From Camelus ferus (taxonomy: Eukaryota), in assembly GCF_009834535.1 (NCBI RefSeq), contig NC_045696.1, forward strand, positions 122,142,001 to 122,206,000: a stretch of 64,000 nucleotides of DNA, read 5' to 3'. Both the position numbers and the translations under genes were made by a program. Position 1 is the stretch's first letter; every line of letters begins with the position of its first letter. The notes beneath the pieces were generated by a model that did not search any database, was not told the DNA's origin, and was given only the letters and a program-made list of their open reading frames with translations. This document shows, in pieces, positions 1-9,802 of the stretch.

Positions 1-292
1 CGCCCCGAGGCCAGGAGAGGGGGGATGGTAGGAAAATGACCGACTCGCCGAGGCATCCCTCTTGCGTTCTGGGCTGCCTCCATATCTGCCGCTGACCACT
101 TCCCCTGTCCTTCCCTCGCCGGCTCCCAGGAGCAGGCTGACTTCAAAGGCTTTCGTCCGGCGAACTTGGGTTAGCGGAGGCCGCCCAGTGGCAAGGCAGC
201 TAGGGACATGGGAGAAAATCCTCTGGTTCACCAGGGGCACCCTATTCCCCGGGCCCCGCCGCCGAACCACGTAGCCAGACGGCACCCCGCCT
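1..292. other. GC/CpG-rich non-repetitive segment, function unknown
   Basis: Many CpGs and high GC compared with the following low-complexity DNA; no recognisable gene or RNA. Confidence 0.4.
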
Positions 293-1122
293 CTAGTGTG
301 TCTGTCTGTTTGACTGCTTGCCTGACTGACTATCTATTGGAGGATGGTTGAAGCTAGACTATGTGTGTGTCTGTCTGTTTCTCCAACGGAGGAAGAGGCG
401 ACTAGTGTGTCTCTCTATTTGCCTGCCTCTCTATCGATCTGGCTAGCTCTCTATCTATGTGGGGAGGCATAGCAGTAAGCTAGTGTGTCATTTACTTTTC
501 TGTCTGTTGGAGTAGAATTTTAGTGTGTCTATATAACTATCTAGCTCTTTGAGGAAGAGGAGAAGGCTTGTGTGTGTGTGTTTGTGTGTGTGCGCGCGTG
601 CTCGTGGGGATCTGTCTATTTATGTATCTGTATCTAAAGGGTGAGGAGGCTACTGTATCTGTCTATCAGTCTATGTATGTATCTGATGGAGGAAGAGTAG
701 GCTAGTATGTCTGTCTGGCTGTCTATTATCAGATATGTATGTATGTACCTATACCTAATGGAAAAGAATGAGGAGGCTTGATTATCTATCCCTCGGTCTG
801 TCAGAGGAGGAGCAGACTAGTGTTTGTCTCTCTGTGTGTCTTGGAGTTTTCTCTATGTATATCTAATAGAGAAGAAGGAGAATATCTATGTTCTGGCTAT
901 CTGTCTGTCTCTCTAACAGGAGAAGGTACAGGCTAGTGTGTGAATCCGTCAGTCTCACTTTCCATCTATCTAAAGGAGGAGTAGAAAGAGTCTATTCCGT
1001 TTGTCTATTTATTATCTAATGGAGAAGGCGACTAGTGTGTCTCTCTACCTACTTAATTGAGGACTTGGTAGGAGGGCAAGGTTGTGTGTGGTTGGGTTGT
1101 GTGTGTGTGTGTGTGTTGTCTG
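293..1122 (+). repeat. Degenerate minisatellite / cryptic simple repeat (~14 units of 40-85 bp) with (TG)n tracts
   Basis: Recurring module CTAGTGTGTC-(TCTG/TCTA)n-CTAAT-GGAGGAAGAGG, e.g. starts near 293, 402, 480, 702, 817, 933, 1032; (TG)n at 569-600 and 1082-1122. Confidence 0.75.
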
Positions 1123-1222
1123 NNNNNNNNNNNNNNNNNNNNNNNNNNNNNNNNNNNNNNNNNNNNNNNNNNNNNNNNNNNNNNNNNNNNNNNNNNNNNN
1201 NNNNNNNNNNNNNNNNNNNNNN
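1123..1222. other. Assembly gap (100 N)
   Basis: Run of exactly 100 N. Confidence 0.99.
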
Positions 1223-2263
1223 TCTACAGGAAGGAAGAAGGACGGCAGTGGAAGCCAGCTTGCACCCTTCCTGGAGCTAGCTGGTAGCAGTGAGGGACGC
1301 CGAGGAACTGGGGACACGTCGCTTGGGGGGGCAATCCTGGCCACCAGCAGGGTTCGCACGGCTGTCACCCAGTTTGCACGATCCAAATGACAAGGAGTGG
1401 GGGTTGGGGGAAGGGGCTGCCTCAGCACCGGGATCCCAAAAAGGGCCAGAGCGCCGTGACCTCAGTTAATGCAGCTCCCCTAGTAAGCAAGAAAAAGGAA
1501 ACTCTGAGGCAAGGTGTTGCAGGTTCCACCGCAGCCACACGGATAACTAGATCTCTCAGCTGACAGAACAGAAGCATCTGAAACAGGAATCTTTCCTTTT
1601 CTCTTCTTCTGGACCTGGGCACAAGGAGCCACACATCTCTGACGGGAAGCATCTTTATTCCAGTAGAGAGCTCACTTTTTCAGGAATAAGCATGGAGAGA
1701 AAGAGTCCGGTAATGGTTTAGTGGTTCAAAACGGAAGCCCGTCTGAGAAACGGTAAAAACATGCTTCTCAATGAAGCCGAGTTATGGCAAGAAAATTAAG
1801 CTGCATATAGACAGGGATGGGTTCCCAGTCCACCGCTAGAAAAAAATTAGCCAATTATGTCTCCATTTGATTGGGAAAGAAGTAAATAATTCAAACATGG
1901 GGAATACATGGGATTAAGTAGTAGTAGTGAGTAATGAAATCCAAGATGTTTATACCTATATTTTCATTGTGAATATAACAAACTTAAAGCAACTGTCTAA
2001 AAATCAGTAAGTGTAGGTCGCGTGAGCACACACACGCACCATTGGGAAGAGCAGAGTGGTAAAATATGCTAAATGTATCATGATTGAGAAACAAGATCAT
2101 ACAGATGATTTCACTTTTGAGGCTCTTGTAGCAATACTGGTCCATTTACATATAGTGTTATGAACTTGGATATGATTTATAAACATTTAGAGAGAATTTT
2201 CCTTAAAAGGCATTATAGCTTCCAAATCACTGAAGAGAAAATTAACGTCAAAAAATTCATCAA

Positions 2264-2363
2264 TCCAGCTAAGAAGGAGTAACGGAGACCATATTTACCA
2301 TCCTACATTAAACCCAAGATGGATAAAATATATGAAGCAATGATTTTTAAGACCCGTGGAAAC
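2264..2363 (+). mobile_element. Ancient L1M 5'-region fragment (also at 7295-7395, 12326-12426, 17357-17457)
   Basis: AAGAAGGAGTAACGGAGACCATATTTACC...GGATAAAATATATGAAGCAATGATTTTTAAGAC resembles old L1M 5' ends as recalled; not searched. Confidence 0.5.
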
Positions 2364-2749
2364 GATCATCCCCTAGGAGCTCGTCCGGACACCTCCATAC
2401 CAAGGGTGCTAGGCCTCCTACTGCCACTACCCAGGATGTCCACTGGGTGATGAAATTGCCTGCCTCCACACCTGCTGAAATCCAGTGCTGAGCAGTCCTT
2501 TTCCAGGTTTTGGAAGGCAGCTCCCTGAAGCGCTCTCATGGGCCATGGTCCCTTTTATCCATCAGCAAAGGGATCGAGGATGAGCAGTGAGCTTCCATAC
2601 TCATCGAAAGTCTAGGAAGCTATCTGATTTCTGTGCAGCCCTTTACCCTCGTCTGCTGTCTGGTACTCTCCACCCGACTTGCAGAGTCCGTGGCTTGGGC
2701 AGCCTGCACGCTGGCCCCTGCCCATCAGAATCTGTTCCCCCAACCGATA

Positions 2750-2900
2750 GGCCACGCGCGGTCGTGAGCAGGGCTCCAGGCCTCTGGAGCCGGGCCGCTA
2801 GGACTGCATCCTGGGCCTGGGCTCGCGAGCTCCATGCATTTGGATGAGTCAATTAAAAACTCTAAGCTAATTTCCCCAACAATAAAATGAAGACATGGTA
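2750..2900 (+). mobile_element. MIR SINE fragment (unit 1)
   Basis: CTCTGGAGCC...GAGTCAATTAA...TTTCCCCAACAATAAAATGAAGA aligns with the MIR core (CTCTGGAGCC...AAGTCACTTAAC...AGTTTCCTCATCTGTAAAATGGGGA). Confidence 0.7.
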
Positions 2901-3059
2901 CATATCGGGGAAAAAATGAGAATCGGGGTGGGGGTGAGTACATTTCTGGTGATTGAAGATTATTTCCATTTTGAATTATACAGTGAGGGACACCATAGAA
3001 GTTTTACTTCTACAGACTCCTAAGGGACAGCTTCTGCTATTCTTAAAACTGCTGCATGC

Positions 3060-3270
3060 ACCTACACCCAAACACACGTGCAGAAACACTGCCTCTGCTC
3101 CATATACATCCCCACGCACACATTCGGAGTCATGTGCCACACACACACCCATAAAATAACACACAACCACCCACGTTCTCAGGCACGCACACACACGCAA
3201 ATTCACCCTCACGTACCTCACACGTCCCAAGGTGAACACGAGCGCGCACGCACACACACGTCACACACAC
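3060..3270 (+). repeat. Degenerate (CA)n/(CG) microsatellite tract (also at 8088-8298, 13125-13335, 18155-18365)
   Basis: Interrupted CACAC/CACGC runs over ~210 bp. Confidence 0.85.
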
Positions 3271-4469
3271 CTTTGGCGTCATTCTAAAGCAACTTCCAAT
3301 CGAGGGTCTCAGTGTCCATTGTTTCATCCGCTCAGAAGCTCCTGACTTTGGAGCATGAAGCAGGAGCCCCTCCCTTCTGGAGATGGTCTTTGCCCCTTGC
3401 AGCCTCAGCAGAGCCAACAGAACTGCTCTGGCCTTTGCAAGTGCAGGGCCAGAGCTTATCTGCTAGTTCCCATCGTATATTTGTCAACATTTTAAGTGCG
3501 GTTGTTTCTAAACTCCTGCCTTTACAATGACACATTCATTCTAAGGGGGAAGGCCAGGCTGCACTTTAGAATTCCCAGACTCAGGGGAGTCCCGCACAGA
3601 AAGTGACAGTGTGGGGAGAGCCGAATCCCAGTGTCTGACCACTAGCTTGACCGTTTTCTTCGCAATGCTGTGTCCATCCCATGACCCAAGTGGACACATA
3701 GGTGCACAGGGGGATACTCATCACTCTCATTCGGGCTCTGTCCTTACCCTCCATGCCAACAGCTGCCTTTTGGCCTCTGTGTCAGTCCTGGGAAGCTGAG
3801 CTCTGGAGAGAGACGTTGCAGACACTAGAAGTGTGTCAGGGGCTGCTGGGGCAAGGCATTCGGTGTCCTGGTTTTCATAGCATGGGGTGGAGCCAATGGG
3901 CGTGTCCCCTTGGCCCTGCTGATTCCAGCCAGTGGAGGGCATGGCCAGATGGAGTGTCAGGACAGAGGGGCCCTCAGTAGTGCAGGACCCAGGGCAGCGG
4001 TTTGGGGAATGGCCCCCTTCCCTGAGACTAAAAGCAGAAGCCCTAAGGAAGGGCCTGAGGTGGCTGGAAGGTATCGTCATTCCCATCAATTAAGAAAACA
4101 AAAGCTCCCCGCAGGCGAGGGTGGGAAGGCTTTTGTTAGAACAAGGGAAGGCGCTTGCCAATTTCTGGCCGGAGATGGCTGGGGCGATTGCCATGCTGAT
4201 GAGGAACCGAGAGGCCATCAGCCTCGGAACAACACCGCAATTCCTCCGGGTGACACTGAGATGCAGTGAGACACGGAAAGCACGAGAAACACAGGCCCCA
4301 AGCTCAGCAGCCTGTTGCTTGGTTCACTGTCCTTCTGGCGCCACCTCTGCTAGTAGCATTTAGTGCATCACCCAGGGTTGACCAGGCTTAAGATTCCTGG
4401 TGATTTTCCACAGGTGGCATCACTTTCTGGTGACACGAAGCAGGCACGTTAGCAAACTCCCAAACTCTG

Positions 4470-4491
4470 AGGCTCCTCCCGGGAGGAGCCT
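4470..4491. other. Perfect 22-bp palindrome AGGCTCCTCCCGGGAGGAGCCT (also 9499-9520, 19567-19588; one mismatch at 14538-14559)
   Basis: Sequence equals its reverse complement. Confidence 0.95.
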
Positions 4492-4782
4492 GCGGGCCCC
4501 CAGTCCAGCCTCTGCGCCATCATGCTCCTTAGTGCCGCTCCCGCTTTGCTGCTCCTGCTTTTAGCTCTGGCCGGAACCTCTCCGGATTGTCGATAAATAT
4601 CACCCACGCACCATGTCTAAGCTTGGGGTCCAGATGTGACCACGGCTCTTAACTTCTTCCCATCGATGGATCGTTCGGGCTTTATGCCATCGTGTTGGCA
4701 GGAAGGCCAGCACCGCCCTCTTGAGGCCTCCCTTAAGACACATAGAAACTTTTGACACAATGCAGCCAATGTGTCTTTTTTT

Positions 4783-5416
4783 AAAACAACTTTATTGTGG
4801 TACGATTCCTCTTCCATCATTAGACACATCTCACTTGTAGTATTTGATAAATTTTCATAGACGTCTGCACCCAGAATACCATCACGACTTTCAATATAGC
4901 TACCATTTCCATCACTCTCCAAGAAGGGCAATTCTTCAATTCCCATATTTACCCCTTCCCACCCCCTTCCCGCCCTGGTAACCGTTAAGTTTGTTTCTCT
5001 AAGTCTGTGGGTCTGTTCCTCTTTGGTCGTTAAGTTCGTTTCTGTCTTTTGTTTAGATTCCGCATGGAAGTGGTTTCCTTCGGCATTTTTCTCTCTTCTG
5101 GCTTCATTCACTCCGAATGACTATCTCTGTGTCCGACCATGTTGCCACAAAGCATTGTTTATGCTTTTGCATGGCTTTGTAGTATTCAATGGCATATATA
5201 GGCTACTACTTCTTTATCTACTCGCCAGCTGATGGACGTTTGGCTTGATTTTACGTCCGGGCTCTTATAAATAGGGCTGCTGTGAGCATTGAGGTGCATG
5301 TGACTTTTTGAATTAGAGGTTCCTCCTCAATTATCCTCAGGTGTGGGAAGGCTGGATGATAAGGTAACACCAATTGTATTTTTTTAAGGAACCCCCATCC
5401 TGTCTTCTCTAGCGGC
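4783..5416 (-). mobile_element. LINE-1 3' fragment (decayed ORF2 C-terminus plus 3'UTR), unit 1
   Basis: Minus-strand translation GFLKKIQLVLPYHPAFPHLRI...QKVTCTSMLTAALFIRART resembles the L1 ORF2p C-terminus (LPYDPAIPLLGI...DTCTPMFIAALFTIA); TTTATT and T-run at ~4786-4797 mark the 3' end. Confidence 0.9.
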
Positions 5417-5623
5417 AATGCAGGCCGCCTTTCTGAAGCAGAGCCATGCTCAGAAAGTAACGGGAATTTCTTGAGGTCAGACATGAAGTGCAGTGGGCTT
5501 GGACTGTTCCAGAAGAAGAGGGCAGTCTTGCAGGGCTGGAGGAGGGTGACAAGGGGAGTGTGGCATAGGCAGTTTTCAGACCACGTGGGGACAAGACAGG
5601 CTGGGACAAGGGGCCTGGGCTTC

Positions 5624-6090
5624 CAGTCATCCATTTGTAACCATGGGGCACTGTTCCCAGGACTCACCACACATGACAACACCCATGGATGCTGACGCCT
5701 CTTGTATAAAATGACATAGGGCTTACATGCAATTACATGCACCCTCCCGTGTACTTTACTTTTTACATACAAACATTTTTTTCCCCCGAGTTTTTGTCAT
5801 TTGACAATGTTGTGTCAGATTCCAGTGTAGAGCACAATTTTTCAGTTATACACGAACATACGCATACATTCATTTTCACATTCTCTTTCGCTGTGTCCTC
5901 CTGTGCACTTTAAATCATCTCTAGGTGACGCGTGGTATGTAAGGCAACATCAATGCTATGCAAGCAGTTGCATGTGTGTGGCAAATTCAAGTGTTGCTTT
6001 TTGAAACTTTCTGTTTTTTCCCGAATATTTTCAACCCACACTTAGTTGAATCTGATGGATCGGGAGCCCCTAGATACGGAGAACCCCCAA
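5624..6090 (+). mobile_element. MER2B-like (TcMar-Tigger) non-autonomous DNA transposon, interrupted by an L1 insertion, unit 1
   Basis: CAGTCATCC...CCAGGAC...GGATGCT...TATAAAATG, TTTAAATCATCTCTAG, GGCAAATTCAAG, CCGAATATTTTC...GTTGAATC...GATACGGAG match MER2/MER2B blocks. Confidence 0.85.
5758..5895 (-). mobile_element. Severely 5'-truncated young L1 3' end with ~16-bp TSD (also 10789-10926, 15823-15958, 20862-20999)
   Basis: T-rich tail then ACAATGTTGTGTCAGATTCCAGTGTAGAGCACAATTTTTCAGTTATAC; flanked by CCCTCCCGTGTACTTT (5742-5757) and TCCTCCTGTGCACTTT (5896-5911). Confidence 0.8.
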
Positions 6091-6149
6091 GCCCTTCCCA
6101 CCTGCTCAATTTCCACTGTCAGCGCTGAAGGGGACCAAAAAGAGGAGAA

Positions 6150-6168
6150 GAGCGCCCTCTAGCGGCTG
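6150..6168 (-). promoter_or_regulatory. Predicted CTCF site A
   Basis: Minus strand reads CAGCCGCTAGAGGGCGCTC, a close match to the CTCF core CCRSYAGRKGGCRC. Confidence 0.65.
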
Positions 6169-7468
6169 GAAACGCTGAGGCAGTTCTTCAGCGTATGCAG
6201 CGCAGGAGAGAATGTTTCGGGCCGACTAGCACCAAAGGAGGGCCCGCCTGGACAGGAAGGAGGAAGGACGGCAGTGGAAGCCAGCTCGCACCCTTCCTGG
6301 AGCTAGCTGGTAGCAGTGAGGGATGCCGAGGAACTGGGGACACGTCGCGTGGGGGGGCAATCCTGGCCGCCAGGTGCAGGGTTCGCACGGCTGGCACCCA
6401 GTTTGCACGATCCAAATGACAAGGAGTGGGGGTGGGGGGAAGGGGCTGCCTCAGCACTGGGATCCCGAAAAGGGCCAGAGCGCCGTGACCTCAGTTAATG
6501 CGGCTCCCCTCGTAAGCCAGAAAAAGGAAACCATGAGGCAAGCTGTTGCAGGTTCCACCGCAGCCACACGGATAACTAGATCTCTCAGCTGACAGAACAG
6601 AAGCATCGGAGCCAGGAATCTTTCCTTTTCTCTTCTTCTGGACCTTGGGACAGGGAGCCAAACATCTCTAACGGGAAGCATCTTTATTCCGGTAGAGAGC
6701 TCACTTTTTCAGGAATAAGCATGGAGTGAAAGAGTACAGAGACGGTTTAGTGGTTCAAAGCGGAAGCCCGTCTGAGAAACGGTAAAAACATGCTTCTCAT
6801 TGAAGCCGAGTTATGGCAAGAACCTAAAGCTGCGTATAGACAGGGAAGGGTTCCAAGTCCACCGCTCAAAAAATATTAGCCAATCATGTCTCCATTTGAT
6901 TGGGAAAGAAGTAAGTAACTCAAAAATGGGAAAGACATGGGATTAAGTAGTGGTAGTGAGTAATGAAATCCAAGTTATTTATACCTATATTTTCATTGTG
7001 AATGTAACAAACTTAAAGCAACTGTCTAAAAAGCAGTAAGTGTAGCTCACGCGCTCACACACACGCACCATTGGGAAGAGCAGAGAGGTAAAATATGCTA
7101 AATGTATCATGATTGAGAAACAAGATCTAATAGATGATTTCGTTTTTGAGGCTCTTGTAGCAATACTGGTCGAATTAAATATAGAGTTATGAACTTCGAG
7201 ATGATTTATAAACATTTAGAGAGAATTTTCCTTAAAAGGCAATATAGCTTCCAAATCACTGAAGAGAAAATTAACCTCAAAAACAATTCATCAATCCAGC
7301 TAAGAAGGAGTAACGGAGACCATATTTACCATCCTACAGTAAACCCCAAAGCGGATAAAATATATCAAGCAATGATTTTTCAGACCCGTGGAAACGATCA
7401 TCCCGTAGGACCTCGTCCTGCCACCTCCATACCAAGGGTGCTAGGCCTCCTACTGCCACTACCCAGGA

Positions 7469-7487
7469 TGTCCACCAGGTGGCGACA
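7469..7487 (+). promoter_or_regulatory. Predicted CTCF site B
   Basis: TGTCCACCAGGTGGCGACA, core CCACCAGGTGGCG. Confidence 0.65.
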
Positions 7488-7776
7488 TTGCCTCCCTTCG
7501 CTCCTGCTGCAGAGCCAGTCCTGAGCAGTCCTGTTCCAGGTTTCGGCAGGCAGCTCCCAGAAGCGCTCTCGTGGGCCTTGGTCCCTTTTAGCCACCAGCA
7601 AAGGGATCGAGGATGAGCAGTGAGCCTCCTTACTCATCGAAGGAAGCTATCTGATTTCTGAGCAGCCCTTTACCCTCGTCTGCTGTCGGGTACTCTCCAC
7701 CCGACTTGCAGAGTCCGTGGCTTGGGCAGCCGGCACGCTGGCCCCTGCCCATCAGAATCTGTTCCCCCGGCCAAGA

Positions 7777-7927
7777 GGCCACGCGCGGTCGTGAGCAGGT
7801 TTCCAGGCCTCTGGAGCCGGGCCGCTTGGACTGCGTCCTGGCCCTGGGCTCGCGAGCTCCATGCCCTTGACTGAGTCACTTAACAACTCTAAGCTAGTTT
7901 CCCCATCAGTAAAATGAAGACAGAATC
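7777..7927 (+). mobile_element. MIR SINE fragment (unit 2)
   Basis: CCTTGACTGAGTCACTTAACAACTCTAAGCTAGTTTCCCCATCAGTAAAATGAAGA resembles the MIR core. Confidence 0.75.
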
Positions 7928-9802
7928 CATATCGGGGAAAAAATGAGAATCGGGGTGGGGGGGGAGTACATTTCTGGTGATTGAATATTATTTTCATTTT
8001 GAATTATACAGTGAGGGACACCATACAAGTTTTACTACTTCAGACTCCTAAGGGACAGCTTCTGCTTTTCTTAAAACTACTGCATGCACCTACACCCAAA
8101 CACACGTGCAGACACACTGGCTCTGCTCCACATACATCCCCACGCACACACTCAGAGTCATGTGCCACACACACACCCATAACATAACACACAACCACCC
8201 ACGTCCTCAGGCGCGCACACACACGCAAAGTCACCGTCACGTACCTCACACGTCCCCAGGTGTACGCGAGCGCGTACGCACACACACGTCACACACAACT
8301 TTGGCGTCATTCTAAAGCAACTTCCAATCGAGGGTCTCAGTGTCCATTGTTTCATCCGCTCAGAAGCTCCTGAATTCGGAGCATGAAGCAGGAGCCCCTC
8401 CACTCTGGAGAAGGTCTTTGCCCCTTGCACTCTCAGCAGAGCCAAAAGAACTGCTCTGGACCTTTGCAAGTGCAGGGCCAGAGCTTATCTGGTTGTTCCC
8501 ATCGTATATTTGTCAACATTTTAAGTGCGGTAGGTTCTAAACTCCTGCCTTTACAATGACACATTCATTCTAAGGGGGAAGGCCAGGCTCCACTTTAGAA
8601 TTCCCAGACTCAGGGGAGTCCCGCACAGAAAGTGACAGTGTGGGGAGAGCCGATTCCCAGTGTCTGACCAATAGCCTGACCGTTTTCTTCCCAATGCTGG
8701 GTCCATCCCATGCCCCAAGTGGCCTCTTAGGTGCACAGGGGGACACTCAGTCCTCACATCCGGGCTCTGTCCATACCCTCCATGCCAACAGCTGACCGTT
8801 GGCCTCTGTGTGAGTCCTGGGAAGCTGAGCTCTGGCGAGAGCTGGTGCAGACACTAGAAGTGGGTCAGGGGCTGCTGGGGCACTGCATTCGTGATCCTGG
8901 GTTTCCAGAGCACGGGGTGGAGACATTTGGCGTGTCCCCTTGGCCCTGCTAAATCCATCCCATGGAGGGCGTGGCCAGAGGGAGTGTCAGGGCCAGAGGG
9001 ACCCTCTGTAGTTCAGGACCCAGGGCAGCGGGGTTGGGGAGGGCCCCCTTGCCGGGGTCTAAGGGCAGAAGCACTAAGGAAGGCCTGAGGATGCTGAAAG
9101 TTATCGTCATTCCCATCAATTAAGAAAACAAAAGCTCCCCGCAGGCGAGGATGGGAAGGCTTTTTTAGAACAAGGGAAGGCGCTTGCCAAGGTCTGGCCG
9201 GAGAGGGCTGGGGGGCTTGCCAGGCTGATGAGGAACCGAGAGGCCATCAGCCTCGAAACACCGCCGGAATTCCTCTGGGCGACACTGAGTTGCAGTGAGA
9301 CACGGAAAGCACGAGAAACACAGGCCCCAAACTCAGCAGCCTGTTGCTTGATTCACTGTCCGTCTGTCGCCCCATCTGCTAGGAGCCCTTAGCGCATCAC
9401 CCAGGGTTGACCCGGCTCAGGATTCCAGCTGATTGCCCACAGGTGGCATCACTTGCTGGTGACACGAAGCAGGCACGTTAGCCACCTCCCAAACTCTGAG
9501 GCTCCTCCCGGGAGGAGCCTGTTGGCCCCCAGTCCAGCCTCTGTGCCACCATGATCCTTAGTGCCACTCCCGCTTTGCTGCCCCGGCCTATAGCTCTGGC
9601 CGGAACCTCGCCGGATTGTCGATAAATGTCACCCACGCACCATCTCTAAGCTTGGGGTCCACATGTGACCACCGCTCATATCTTCTTCCCATCGATTGAT
9701 CGTTCGGGCTTCTTGCCATCGTGTTGTCAGGAAGGCCAGCACTGCCCTCTTGAGGCCTCCCTGAAGACACATAGAAACATAGGACACAATGCAGCCCATC
9801 TC

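Larger units (their letters stand above)
1223..6248 (+). repeat. Macrosatellite unit 1 (most diverged copy)
   Basis: Colinear with units 2-4 but has many private substitutions up to ~5740. Confidence 0.95.

Noticed and set aside
30..50. Minus-strand CGAGTCGGTCATTTT resembling the human RNA polymerase I core promoter (CGAGTCGGCATTTT)
   Set aside because: Short match with no GCTGACAC initiator at the expected distance, and no rRNA or Sal-box sequence in the window
178..298. Several CTCF-like words in the CpG-rich start
   Set aside because: Each has core mismatches or wrong spacing; expected by chance in GC-rich DNA
1712..1735. Pol III A-box/B-box-like TGGTTTAGTGGTTCAAAACGG
   Set aside because: The boxes overlap rather than being 30-60 bp apart; no tRNA cloverleaf
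4405..4422. Third CTCF-like word CCACAGGTGGCATC
   Set aside because: The 5' half departs from the core and varies between units; too weak to call
4617..5772. Minus-strand ORFs of 164 and 173 aa
   Set aside because: Translations of decayed L1 and MER2B sequence, not host genes
7189..7524. 111-aa ATG ORF kept in units 2-4
   Set aside because: Conservation reflects near-identity of the units; it runs through an L1M fragment and is frameshifted in unit 1
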